NCBI GenBank assembly: GCA_003223415.1
Contig: QHUY01000015.1
Coordinates: 14,115 to 78,114 of the forward strand
DNA: 64,000 bases
Reading direction: 5' to 3'
Origin: Gemmatimonadota bacterium
GTDB lineage: Bacteria > Gemmatimonadota > Gemmatimonadetes > Gemmatimonadales > GWC2-71-9
Shown here piece after piece: positions 42,446 to 52,624 of the stretch. The number at the start of each line of letters is the position of its first letter. Within the stretch, counting starts at the first letter, position 1. The translations under genes were made by a program, and so were the position numbers. A model generated the notes under the pieces. It made no database searches and had not been told where the DNA came from. It saw only the letters and a program-made list of their open reading frames with translations.

Positions 42446-43839
42446 GCCACCTGATTCAGGCGAGCGACGTCATCATCCTGGCCTACTTTCTGGCACTCAA
42501 CACCATCTACGCCCTCCTGCTGGTGTTGTCGATCCCGGAGATCTGGGAGCAAACCCGTCTGGCCGAGGACGAGGACTTCCAGCGCCTGATGCAGAGCGAC
42601 GCCCTGCCGCCGATCACGATCCTCGTCCCGGCCTACAACGAGAGCGCCACCATCGAGGCGAGCGTCACGGCGATTCTCACGCTCGAATATCGGACCTTCG
42701 AAGTCGTTGTCGTGAACGACGGCTCGAAGGACGACACCCTGGAGCGACTGCGGCACGCGTTCGACCTGTACGAAGTGCCGCGCACGTACCCCGAGACGAT
42801 TTCGACCCAGGCGCTGCGCGGCGTGTACCGGTCGCGCACCCGCACCCGGCTGCTGGTCATCGACAAGGAGAACGGCGGCAAGGCGGATTCGCTCAATGCC
42901 GCCATCAACGCCAGCCGCTTCCCCCTCGTCATCGCCGCGGACGCCGACACGCTCATCGAGCCCGATGCGCTGCTCCGGCTCACGCGTCCATTCCTTCTCG
43001 GCCGGCGGATCGCCGCAGTCGGCGGGACCGTGCGCGTCGCCAACAGCTGCACCGTCCAGGACGGCCGCGTGACCGACGCCCGTGTCCCTCGTCGCTTCCT
43101 CCCCGGCATCCAAGTGGTCGAGTACCTGCGCGCCTTCCTGTTCGGCCGCCTCGGCTGGAACCGCCTCGGCGGTAGCCTCGTCATCTCCGGCGCCTTCGGA
43201 CTGTTCCGCAAGGAATACCTCATCGCCGTCGGCGGGTACCACACAACGAGCGTCGTGGAGGACCTGGACCTCGTCGTGCGCCTGCACCGTCATCTGCGGC
43301 GCGAGAAGGTCCGCTACGAGATACCGTTCATCCCCGATCCCGTGGCCTGGACGGAGGTCCCCGAAACAGGACTGGTCCTGGGCCGCCAGCGCGAGCGTTG
43401 GCACCGCGGGCTCATCGCCGCGATGTGGGAGTACAAGGGCATGCTCTTCAACCCACGCTACGGCCGCGTGGGACTCCTCGCCGTGCCGTTCTACACCCTC
43501 GGTGAGATGCTCGCGCCGGTCGTGGAGGTGCTCGGCTACGTGATCACCGGGCTGGGCGCGGCGTTCGGGGTGATCAACATGTCGTTCGCTCTGCTCTTCG
43601 TGCTCGTGGCATGGGGCTACGGAATGCTGCTTTCGCTCTGGGCGGTCGTTCTCGAAGAGGTGAGCTTCCGACGCTACCGGCGCCCCGGCGATCTCGCACG
43701 CCTGCTCCTGTACGCCGTGCTCGAAACCCTCGGCTACCGCCAGCGCACCGTCTGGTGGCGGCTGCGGGCGTTCTTCACCCTACGCACGCAACGCCGGGTG
43801 TGGGGCGAGATGACGCGCAAGGGATTCGCCACCTCATGA
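42442..43839 (+). CDS. Family-2 processive glycosyltransferase (PgaC/NfrB/YaiP-like polysaccharide synthase)
   Basis: ILVPAYNE, VVNDGSKDDT, ADADT, ISGAFGLFRK, VVEDLDL, GRQRERWHRG (QxxRW-type), flanking TM helices. GTGA overlap. Confidence 0.9.
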   Translation: MSHLIQASDVIILAYFLALNTIYALLLVLSIPEIWEQTRLAEDEDFQRLMQSDALPPITILVPAYNESATIEASVTAILTLEYRTFEVVVVNDGSKDDTLERLRHAFDLYEVPRTYPETISTQALRGVYRSRTRTRLLVIDKENGGKADSLNAAINASRFPLVIAADADTLIEPDALLRLTRPFLLGRRIAAVGGTVRVANSCTVQDGRVTDARVPRRFLPGIQVVEYLRAFLFGRLGWNRLGGSLVISGAFGLFRKEYLIAVGGYHTTSVVEDLDLVVRLHRHLRREKVRYEIPFIPDPVAWTEVPETGLVLGRQRERWHRGLIAAMWEYKGMLFNPRYGRVGLLAVPFYTLGEMLAPVVEVLGYVITGLGAAFGVINMSFALLFVLVAWGYGMLLSLWAVVLEEVSFRRYRRPGDLARLLLYAVLETLGYRQRTVWWRLRAFFTLRTQRRVWGEMTRKGFATS

Positions 43840-44597
43840 GCGCTCGCATCGTCGCGGCCGCGTTCGTCCTGGTCACCCTGCCAGCCAGCCGCCTGGGCGC
43901 CCAAACTGTGCGCGTTGCGACCTGGGGCTCCTACGAGGGCGTTACCGGCAGCCAGAACTGGACCACGGCCGGCGCGCAGGTCACCTTCGCGCCTCCCCAG
44001 GGACACGCTGCGTGGGTCGCCGGGGAGCTGACGGGCCGTTTCGGTGCGCAGGACGGAACCGCGCGCGTGGGCGGCGTCCTCCACCCGATCCCGCGCTGGT
44101 GGATCACCGTGGAAGCGGGGACTGCCGCGCGGCCGGAGTTCATGCCCAAGAACTCGTGGGAGGCGGACGCTACGGCGCTCGTCGCGCGTCGCGCCTCCCT
44201 CGGGCTCAGCTACCGCCGCTGGAACTACGTGGTGGGACCTGTGGACTTCGTGATCCCCCACTTCGCACTCGAGACCCAGTCCATAGCCTGGGACCTGCGG
44301 GTGTTCGTGTCGCGCAACCCCTCGCGGCGCACCGACGCCGCGTTCTACGTCCGGGCCGCCGCGCCCCTCGTCCGCCGCGCTGGCTGGTTGATCTCCGCCG
44401 GGGCTGGCCGGGAGAGCTATCTGGTGGGCGTCGCCCCTTCGCAGCAGGTACGCTCGCTCCAGACGCTCACCGGGGCGGCGGGTGTCCGTGTCAACGCCGG
44501 GAAGGGCGTCACGATCCGGATGGAGGTGAGCGTAGTGAGATCGCGACCGGTGCTGTCACGGCGCGGGCTCACGCTGGGGGCGGAGCGCCGCCTGTAG
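43836..44597 (+). CDS. YaiO-like outer-membrane beta-barrel protein
   Basis: Signal peptide ...SRLGAQT. Approx 250-aa beta-rich protein. ATGA overlap with the GT2 gene. The family call is from memory of the GT2/YaiO pairing. Confidence 0.55.
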   Translation: MSARIVAAAFVLVTLPASRLGAQTVRVATWGSYEGVTGSQNWTTAGAQVTFAPPQGHAAWVAGELTGRFGAQDGTARVGGVLHPIPRWWITVEAGTAARPEFMPKNSWEADATALVARRASLGLSYRRWNYVVGPVDFVIPHFALETQSIAWDLRVFVSRNPSRRTDAAFYVRAAAPLVRRAGWLISAGAGRESYLVGVAPSQQVRSLQTLTGAAGVRVNAGKGVTIRMEVSVVRSRPVLSRRGLTLGAERRL

Positions 44598-44660
44598 CAG
44601 CCGGGCTACACGCGAACCTGCATCGGCTCGTAGAGCGGCCGACGCTGCAGCGTGGGTCGG
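44559..44660. repeat. Left copy of an approx 100-nt imperfect direct repeat (right copy at 58622..58722)
   Basis: Aligned by eye: CGGCGCGGGCTCACGCTGGGGGC...TAG...GGGCTACACGCGAAC.TGCATCGGCTCGT.GAGC.GCCGACGCTGCAG.GTGGG. About nine in ten positions are identical with one 1-nt gap. Weaker similarity extends approx 25 nt further left. Confidence 0.85.
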
Positions 44661-44661
44661 C

Positions 44662-47600
44662 TCAGAAGCGCCGGTGCCAGAACTCCGCCGCGGTCGGGAA
44701 GAGCTTCTCGGTGAGCGCCGCCGACAGCGTCACGAACACGCCGTGCCCGCCGCGCACGGAGAAGTCCGGATCGTTCAGGTTGCCGAACCGATACCCGGTC
44801 GCGACTTCGAGCCCATTCACCGGCCGGAAGGCCAGGGCGGGTGCTCCGTCCCACGCCGTGGCGCCGCTCGTCCGCTCCGTTACCAGCCGGGCGTCGGTGC
44901 GCACGCTCAGCCAGGGACTCAGCGCGACGTTCACGCGGCTGCCGACGTAGTCGGCCCAGGCCGTGAGCGTCCGGGGGGTACCGTCGGAGTAGACGCCATC
45001 GGCTTGCGTGCGACGCACCGCATAGCGGGTGCCGATTTCGAGCGTCGGGACCGGCGTCCAGATCACCTCGGCCGCACCGATCAGCTTGCGCTCGGCGCCC
45101 TGCGACACCAGCACCCCGGCCCCCAACGGATTGCGCGCGTCCGTCCACTGAAGCTTCGCGAGCATGTTCAGCCGGTCGGTGTGCGCGGGCCGGAACGCGA
45201 GACCCCACAGGCTCGACAGCCGGCGGGACAGCGGGGCGCCGGGCCGGGCCTCCTGCGAGAACTCTTGCCGCGACAGCAGGGCGAGCGATGCGTCGAAGGC
45301 CACATCGCCTGCCACAGTGGCGAGCCGGGTGGATTGGAGTGCGCCGTCCTTGTACTCGCCCCGGGCGCTCAGCCGATACGGTGCGCCTTGCGGCAGCAGC
45401 TCCAGGCCGGCACCCGCCGACCAGTAGTCGCCCTCGGTCTGGAGGAACGGCAGCGCGCGCACGGGATCCGCGATCGCGGCGCGACCCACGCCCACGCGCC
45501 GCTCGAACAGCACGTTCACCGCGAGGCCCGGCGCGAGCTGCATCCGGTTGCGGAGCCCAACGACGGCCGCGTTGTTGGCGCCGCTGGCACCACCGATCAG
45601 CTCATAGCTGCCCCACGCCTGCGTCCCGCGCCCCAGGTCCGTGCGCAGGCCGAGGCTCGAGATCGAGTAGTGGCCCTGGCTGTCTGGGCGCGAGACCGCG
45701 CGCTGGCTCGCCTCGAGCGCCACGGCGGGTGCGATCTGATACGTCCCGCCGAAGCCCCAGACCTCCGGTGAGATATCCGGGCCGGCGAGGCGGAAGTGGC
45801 GCCGGGCTTCGGTCCAGAACTGCAGCTGCGGGGACGCCACCCACTTCGCTTTCAGCTCGCCCGCCGTCACCTCGCTGGACGCGGTACTGGTCCCCGACAC
45901 CTGATCATTCGCCACGCCCGCATCCACCTGCAAGGCGGGGCCGAAGGTTTGCACGATGCCGACGCGCGTGTGCTCGCGGCCGACGCCCAGCAGCTCGAAG
46001 TCCTGGCGGGCGTGCTCGGCCCGCAACTCGGTCCCGCCGAGCCGGAACCCGCCTTTCAGGTTTTCCTCGGTCACGCCGGGTTGGAGCGCTACGTTGGACG
46101 GGTTCGTGAACTCGCGGCCGATGCGCATATAGCCGGCCCCGATGTTCACCGCCCCGTTGAACAGGCTGTAGCTGGCTTTCACCGAGGCGGCGACGCCGGT
46201 GGAATCGCCCTGCTCCGCGTAGGCGACCTCTGCGCCCACGTCCAGGGCGCCGAACCGCAGCACCCGCACGTCACCACCGACCAGGCGGTAGCTGGTGATC
46301 GCCTGCTCGGCGTTCACGGCGGTGATGCCGATGCGGAGCGAGTCCACGAGCCCTGCGCCGACGAGCGGCCGCGCGTCCAGCGCCGCCCGGGCACCCGCCA
46401 CGAGCCGCTGCTCGCCGCCGGTGGCTGCCTCGAAGGTGGCGACGATGAACACCGGGTTGCCGTACGCGTCGGCAGCGGGAATCGGCTGCTTGAAGAGGAC
46501 GACGCCGGCGGTGTAGTCGATCTGGTAATCCACGAACCGAGTCAGAGACTGCGTGGCCACGGCGCGCTCGGCGTTCTGGAGGTCCCGCGTCTCGACGCGC
46601 AGGTTCTCCGTCCCCGGCAGCATGTCGGCGGCGAGCTGATAGGGGCCGGAGATGCCCGCGCCGCGGAGCTGCAGCTGTCGCAGTGCCTGGGACGTCAGGC
46701 TGCCGAAGCCACTCCAGGTGACCGCGCCGGTGGTGACGTGGGCGGCGAGCCCCGTCACGGCCCGCCGGTATTGCGCGAGGCGCAGGCCGCTCGCGAAGTC
46801 CGTGGTGGAGAGATCGCCGAACGCCGCCCAGTCGAAGCCGTGCTCGAGCCGGGCCGAGACCCAGTTCTGCGAGGCCGTGCGGGTCTGGAGCTGGCTCGCA
46901 TCCCCGAGGATCGGGTACTGGGCCTCCGCCAACGGATCGGCGCTGCGGCCGAAGGCACCCTGTCCGTCGTTCAGCCGGCGGGAGTCCACCCCGAGCGTGA
47001 GCGACGTCCGGGCATCGAGCCGGCCGCGCGCGGTCAGTGCGCCGTACGCGTCGGGGCTCGCCCCCGCGCCCACCATCCCCACGCCGGTGACCGTGAGCGG
47101 ACGCACCTCGGGGAAGATCTCGAGCGGCACCGTGGCCCGGGCGTCGCCCGACTTGAGCTCGAGCACGCCGCGCCGCACCTCCCGGCCCGGCCGCAGGCTC
47201 ACGACCAGCCAGCCGGCGGAGTCTGTAAGCTGTTGCAGCCCTACCGAGGACGCGTCCGCATCCGCCCCCACCGGCTCCGCGCCGTTCGCGCTCACGGTCA
47301 CGTACGCCGGCTGCACGACCGGAACGCCCCAGGCGTCCAGCACCCGCGCTTTCGTGGCGGCCACCGTGTGCCCATCCGCCATCAGCGTGAGGCGGCTCGC
47401 GCTCACCGCGAACCTGGCCGGGAGGCCCGTCACGTGCACGGCGATGCTGTCCCAGCGCTCGCTGCCCCACGAGTTCTTGATCCGCGCCCGCAGGCGATGC
47501 GGGCCGCGGGCCAGCGGAACGGCGATGAAGTCGAGGACGCCGTCGATCCGCACCGACGCGCTGTCGATCGGCGCCGTGCCGTCGTACAGCACGACCCTCG

Positions 47601-47866
47601 CGCCCGGCTCCCCCTTAACGCCTACGTACACGCGATCGGCCCGGAGCACGGTGCCGTCGACGGGAGCGAAGATCTCGACGCCGGGACCACGCACCAGTGA
47701 CGCCCTGCCCTCCGCCGTCCGCTCAACGGCCGTCCGGGCGGGGGCGACGACCACGGTCTCGGCCGCCGTCGTCCGGATCGTGTCGGCCGGCACTCCGGCG
47801 GCGATCGGCGCCGGAGGGGGAGTGGATGGGGCGGGCGGGGCAGGCGGCAGCTCGGGCGCGTCGACG
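44662..47866 (-). CDS. C-terminal segment of the giant surface protein: P/A linker, Big_1-like Ig domain and approx 800-aa beta-barrel-like region
   Basis: Part of ORF 44662..47964 downstream of the poly-G. It contains LTLMADGHTVAATKARVLDAWGVPV (invasin/intimin-type Big_1 look), then long alternating beta-strand sequence ending ...FWHRRF. Confidence 0.7.
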
Positions 47867-47894
47867 CCCCCCCCCCCCCCCCCCCCCCCCCCCC
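47867..47894. repeat. 28-nt poly-C homopolymer
   Basis: Counted directly. It separates the plausible upstream frame (ORF 47622..50429) from the plausible downstream frame (ORF 44662..47964). Confidence 0.95.
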
Positions 47895-50429
47895 GCGAAC
47901 TACCGACACCGTCCGGCCCACATGCAGCCACATAGTGGCCGAGTCGCGCCGCTCCGACGACCACGCGACGATGCGAATCTCGGCGCCCGGGCGCGCGGGT
48001 GGGATCGGGATCGCCTCGTTGTCGATCCAGTCGTAGCGCGTGAACACCGTGCCGTCGCGGTACACGATGGCCGAATCGGCGACCGGGGTGAACCCTACCA
48101 GGGCGTCCAACGGCGCCGCGAGCGGCTGCCGGACGGTCACTTCGTACCGCACGACCGCACGCCGGCTGCCGACGAGACGAGGCTCGGGGCTGAACGAGAG
48201 CACGGCGGAATCGCGCGCCTGCGGCACCGGTACCGCCACGAACTTGAACTCCACGGGTCGGCCGCCTTCGCTGGGCTGGCGCCCCTCAGGGGGTTGGTGC
48301 CCTTGAGCGGGTTGGCGTCCTGGGACGGGTTGGCGCCCTTCGGCGCGGCGCGGCGCGAGCGGGACGACGCGGAAGTCCACCCGCGGAGTCGTCCAGCCGG
48401 AGGCCTCGACGATCTGAATGTCGTCGCTCACCAGTCGGTAGTCCTGGGAGAGCGACTGCGGGTCAAGCCGGAACGCGTGCCGACCCGGCCGCAGGTTCGT
48501 GAACGAGAACTTGCCGGTGGAGTCGGTCGTGACGACCTGGCCATCCTCGGTCCAGATGTCGATGCCTGCCAGGCCGCCGTCCGTCGGCCGTTGCACCTCA
48601 CTGCCCTCCCGATCGACCCACACCTTCCCGATCACCGCTCTGGTGTCCATCGGCCAGGCGCGCCGCACCTGCACCCAGGCCACGGCCTGCGGCGAGACGG
48701 GCTGAAGGGCGCCGGCGCGCGCGCTGGCGATCGCCCGGACCTCGGCCACGGGCCCCGGCGCGGAGGCGAGCGCCACCACGTAATGCAGCGTCCGCGTCGC
48801 CCCGGGTGCGAGCGGCGCCATCGTCACGAGAATCAAGTGATTCCCAGCCACCTGCACGGAATCCGCGCCGACTGCGGACCCGCGCGCGTAGCTGCCACCT
48901 GTGGGCAGCGTGTTGTCGATCCGGATGTCGGAGATCGGCACGATGCCGGCATTGTGCACGACCTCGGTGTAGGGAATCACCTCGCCGATGCCGACCTCCA
49001 ACGCCTCGGCTGTCAGGTCGAGTCCCAGCGCCGCGGTGGGCGGTCCGATAAGCGCCAGCTGGGCGGCGCTAGCGCTCTGCGCGGTGGCGTTCGTCCCAGT
49101 CAGCGTGGCGACGTTGGTCGCCCACACCGTATCCCGCACCGTGCCGCTCACCTGCAGCACGAGATTGATGACCCCGGTATCCCCCGGCGCGAGGTTGCCC
49201 AGCGCCCAGCTCAACACCGGTCCCACCGTGGACGGGGCCGGCGCAGCGCTCACGTAATTCAGGCCTGCCGGAAGCGTGTCGGTGAGGACGACATTGGACA
49301 CCGGGGCGGCGCCGGCGGCGTCGCCGTAGCGCAGCGTGAATTGGACCTGCTGTCCGACCGGCGCCTGCGGCGGGCCCACGAGCGCCTTAGTCAGGGTGAG
49401 CGCCGGGACGAGGACGTTCGTCTGCACGGCGTTGGAAAAGGCCGTGTCAGAGGTTCCCGCCCGCACGTAAGTCGCGTGGCCGCGGTTCGTCACGGTGCGC
49501 GCCGGCCCCGAATCGACCTTGGCCTGGAACGTCACCGTGCCCCCCGTGCCGCCGGCCACGACCCCCAGGGTCACGACCACCACGCCCTTTCCCGCAGCGA
49601 CGAGGGAGCCGGCATCGTCACCCGTGGCGTCGGTCAATGGAGTACCGTTCCAGCGCATCGATCCGGCGACGTAGGACACACCCGCGGGGATACTGTCCGC
49701 GAGCGTGGCGCTGGAGTCCGTCCCGCTGCCGGCGGCGGCGTAGTCGAGGGTATAGGTGAGCACGTCGCCCGTGACCGCCGTCAGGCGGTCCACCTGCTTG
49801 GTGAGCCCGATCGTGACCGCGCCCGCCGCTACGACGTCGAGCCGATCCGGCACCGAGCTGCTCACCGCGGCGTTGAACCGGCTGGTGGCGGTCACCGTGA
49901 TCGTGTCGCTCACGCCCACGCTGGCGCCGCCCGGCACCGCGACCCGCACGAGCAGGGAGGCGGCTCCGCCGTAGGCCAGCGGGACCGGCCCCGTGAGCAG
50001 GGAGTCGCCGGCGTCCAGGATGCCGTTACCGTTCCAGTCGCGATACTGCGTGACCGGCCATCCGCGGGCGGAGACGGCGACCACGGTGAACGAATCGGCT
50101 CCGTTCCCGGCGTTGGTGAGCGTGTGCGCGAAGACAGCGGTTGCGCCCGGGGCTCCGCTGGTGGCTCGCGGCGGCTGCAGCGTCACCCCGGCCACCTGCC
50201 CGACCAGGAGCGCCACCGTGTCGGAGGCCAGGGTGTATCCCGTCCCAGCCAAGGTGAAGGACAGGGTCGCCCAGTTGGAGACCTGGGTCCCCGCTTGCGT
50301 TCCTTGGGCTTCCAGCGCCGGTGCGGCACGCAGCCCGAAAGCAAAGAGGAAGGCGGCGGCCCAGCGCGCGGCCGCACGGCCGCGGCGGGCGCACCGCCCC
50401 CTCTCCACTGTCCGGGTCCCGAGTCGCAT
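47895..50429 (-). CDS. N-terminal segment of the giant surface protein: signal peptide, multiple DUF11-type repeats and an SdrD-B/CarboxypepD_reg-like domain
   Basis: Repeated pattern PG..V.Y.L...N.GNG.D.F plus LTK....TAV.GDVLTYTL...LAD.IPAGVSYV. GKVWVDREG...GLAGIDIWTEDGQVVTTDSTGKFSFTNLRPGRH. A short GRQP-type repeat (EGRQPVPGRQPAQGHQPPEGRQPSEGGRP). Confidence 0.75.
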
Positions 50430-50442
50430 GGGCCGTCGTCCG

Positions 50443-51666
50443 TTAGTTGATGCTGACCCGCAGCTCGAACGTGGCGCTGGCGCTCGCCGCCAGAACGCCG
50501 CCCGTGCCCGTGTAATTCCCGGTCACGTTCTGCCCGCTCACCACGATGCTCCAACCGGTGCTCGAGCTCGTCGAGACGTAGGTCACTTGCGCCGGCAGCG
50601 CGTCGGTCACCTGCACGCTGGACGCAGACGTGCCCCCGTTATTGGTCACGGTGAACCGGTAGCGGATGACCTGCCCGGGGACGACGCTTCCGGCGACGGG
50701 AGTGACCCCGTCGTCCAAGAACGCCGCCTTCGCGAGCGTCAGGTTCGGCTTGATGACCGTCAGGTCCATGAAGCCGTCGTCGAACGTCGCCGGCTGCCCC
50801 ACCGACCGGGCGCGCAGATACAGCGTGTCCGTCGAGCCGCCTGCCACGTTCGCCACGTTGTAGACGACGGTGACCGCCTGCGACGCCGCGGGCGCCAACG
50901 AGATGCGCGCGCTGTCTCCCGCGGCCCCGTTCACCGAAACGATCGTGATGACCGGCGAGCCCGGGCTCGTGGCGATGAGGTCGATGTTGTCGTTCCCGTT
51001 CCCGTTGTTCCCGATGCTGAACGTGAACGAATAGCCGCTCCCCGGGAGGCGCTGCACGTTTTGGCCCCCGTGGGGCGACGTCGCCACGCCGTACACCGTC
51101 GCCGGCGTGATGGTGCTGAAGGCGCTGCCCGAAGCCGCCGGCGTGCGTCGCGAATTGGCGGTGAGCGTGTAGATCGTGCTCACGCCACCTTGCCCGCTCG
51201 CCACGTTATAGACGATCTTGAGCGTGATCGAGCCGCCCTGGGCGATGCCCACGGTCGCCAGCGCCGTGTTCAAGGCCGCCAGCGTGCCATAGGTCGTGGC
51301 CCCGTAGCGGTACCCCGTCACCGTGATCACCCCCGCGACGGAGATGTTCTCGGAGATCGTCATGCTGTCCGTGCCGTTCCCCGCGTTCATCACTGTGAAC
51401 GTCATCGTATCCGCCGTACTGGGCGACGCGGAGCTCGGCGTTGGAGTGTTGGCGGTCACGCTCACGCCGGCCTTGAAGCCAACCGTCACCGAGACCGAGC
51501 CGCTGACCGCCGTGTAGGGGTTGCTATTCGCGTCGGTGTAGGTCGCGGTCGCCGTATTCGTGATGACCGTGCCTTCCGGCGTCTGCGCCAGCGCCCCGCC
51601 GGCGGCGACCACCAGGGCGACCGCGGCAAGGACGAGGCTCTCTGTCCACTTCAGGTTCCCGAGCAT
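50443..51666 (-). CDS. Secreted DUF11-repeat protein B (407 aa)
   Basis: GGAGGA RBS 7 nt before the ATG, signal peptide ...GGALAQT, and a C-terminal DUF11 unit (PGQVIRYRFTVTNNGGTSASSVQVTDALPAQVTYVS). Its central domain is paralogous to protein A (52625..53875). Confidence 0.8.
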   Translation of the reverse strand: MLGNLKWTESLVLAAVALVVAAGGALAQTPEGTVITNTATATYTDANSNPYTAVSGSVSVTVGFKAGVSVTANTPTPSSASPSTADTMTFTVMNAGNGTDSMTISENISVAGVITVTGYRYGATTYGTLAALNTALATVGIAQGGSITLKIVYNVASGQGGVSTIYTLTANSRRTPAASGSAFSTITPATVYGVATSPHGGQNVQRLPGSGYSFTFSIGNNGNGNDNIDLIATSPGSPVITIVSVNGAAGDSARISLAPAASQAVTVVYNVANVAGGSTDTLYLRARSVGQPATFDDGFMDLTVIKPNLTLAKAAFLDDGVTPVAGSVVPGQVIRYRFTVTNNGGTSASSVQVTDALPAQVTYVSTSSSTGWSIVVSGQNVTGNYTGTGGVLAASASATFELRVSIN

Positions 51667-51705
51667 CTGTGATTCCTCCTCAAGGTTCGTTTCAGCGGCC
51701 GCGGG

Positions 51706-52218
51706 CTACTTCGCGTCGCCTGGGGCTTCACTGACCTGGGTGCGAAACTCCGCCATCACCCGCGCTTGCGGCGCCAAGGATCCCAGCACCGTCCAACGGA
51801 CGTGCGTGTACAGCTGACGCGGCGCAGGCTTCTCCACCTTTCGGCCCTCTTCGACCACCTGGATCGTCGGCTGAGCCGAATAGCTCTTGCCGCCGTCGAT
51901 CGAGTATTCGATCCGCGCGGGGTGATCCGCCGCGGCCGAGCCGGGCACGTAGATCATCCCCTTGGGGATCGGGTCGACGAATTGGATGTTCTTCACGGGG
52001 CCGGCCGTGACGTTCGTGAACACCAGGGCGTAGCGGATCACATCGCCGGGGCGCGCCACGGCGCGAGTGTCCTGCCCGCCGGCTGTTGCCACCGTCATGT
52101 TGTGGGCGGTGATCACGAGCGGCTTGGGGGGGGGGACCTGCGCGTGCGCGGCCACCACTCGCGGCGCGACCAGCGCGGCGCTCATCAGCCCGATCGACAG
52201 CAATCGCAGCAGTTTCAT
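51706..52218 (-). CDS. Secreted single-DUF11-domain protein (170 aa)
   Basis: AAGGAG RBS 8 nt before the ATG of MKLLRLLSIGLMSAALVAP...AHAQ. PGDVIRYALVFTNVTAGPVKNIQFVDPIPKGMIYVPGS. The longest ORF (to 52254) would give an ATGA overlap with the zinc-ribbon gene. Confidence 0.75.
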   Translation of the reverse strand: MKLLRLLSIGLMSAALVAPRVVAAHAQVPPPKPLVITAHNMTVATAGGQDTRAVARPGDVIRYALVFTNVTAGPVKNIQFVDPIPKGMIYVPGSAAADHPARIEYSIDGGKSYSAQPTIQVVEEGRKVEKPAPRQLYTHVRWTVLGSLAPQARVMAEFRTQVSEAPGDAK

Positions 52219-52250
52219 GGGTGCCATCTCCTTGTGAGTTCTCTTGTGAG

Positions 52251-52448
52251 TCATTGTTTGGCTCGCTTTGCGTCGGACCGGCCCGCGTCCCGCGGGTCGA
52301 GCGTGGTGCCGGCTGCGTCAGACTCGCCGGTGTGGGCGTCACCCCACCGGAAGACCGTTTCGCATTGCGGGCACACCACGAGCTCGCCCAGGACCTGCGT
52401 GCGGCCGAAGAACTTGAGCGCCGAACACCGGGGGCAGCGAAGTACCAT
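52251..52448 (-). CDS. MJ0042-type zinc-ribbon protein (65 aa)
   Basis: CPRC...(18)...CPQC with the FRW motif after the second pair. AGGAG 10 nt upstream of the ATG. Confidence 0.6.
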   Translation of the reverse strand: MVLRCPRCSALKFFGRTQVLGELVVCPQCETVFRWGDAHTGESDAAGTTLDPRDAGRSDAKRAKQ

Positions 52449-52480
52449 TAGCGACCTGCTCCTTTCGCCAGCGCGAGATG

Positions 52481-52494
52481 GCAGGTCCTATGCC
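52481..52494 (-). promoter_or_regulatory. Candidate sigma-54 promoter (GGCAT-N5-CTGC)
   Basis: The minus strand reads CGGCATAGGACCTGCC. The GG and GC dinucleotides have canonical -24/-12 spacing. It lies approx 30 nt upstream of the zinc-ribbon ATG with an RBS in between. Confidence 0.35.
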
Positions 52495-52570
52495 GGTTCA
52501 GGCCGATGGTGCTAATGGATTGTGGATGAGCGAGTTACGACGTCTAGGGGAGGGGGGGGAGAGCGCCGCG

Positions 52571-52600
52571 CGTTACTGAACGGTAACGTCGGGAGTAACG
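52571..52600. promoter_or_regulatory. Cluster of three GTTAC/GTAAC half-sites (candidate enhancer)
   Basis: CGTTACTGAACGGTAACGTCGGGAGTAACG, approx 80-105 nt upstream of the candidate promoter at 52481. Confidence 0.3.
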
Positions 52601-52624
52601 AGAAAGCCCGGCTTTCCGTGCCGC

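Noticed and set aside
52600-52620. GGCACGGAAAGCC on the minus strand as a sigma-54 promoter.
   Set aside because: There is no GC at the -12 position with correct spacing. It overlaps the stop codon of DUF11 protein A and a small GAAAGC-CCG-GCTTTC hairpin, so it is more likely a weak terminator.
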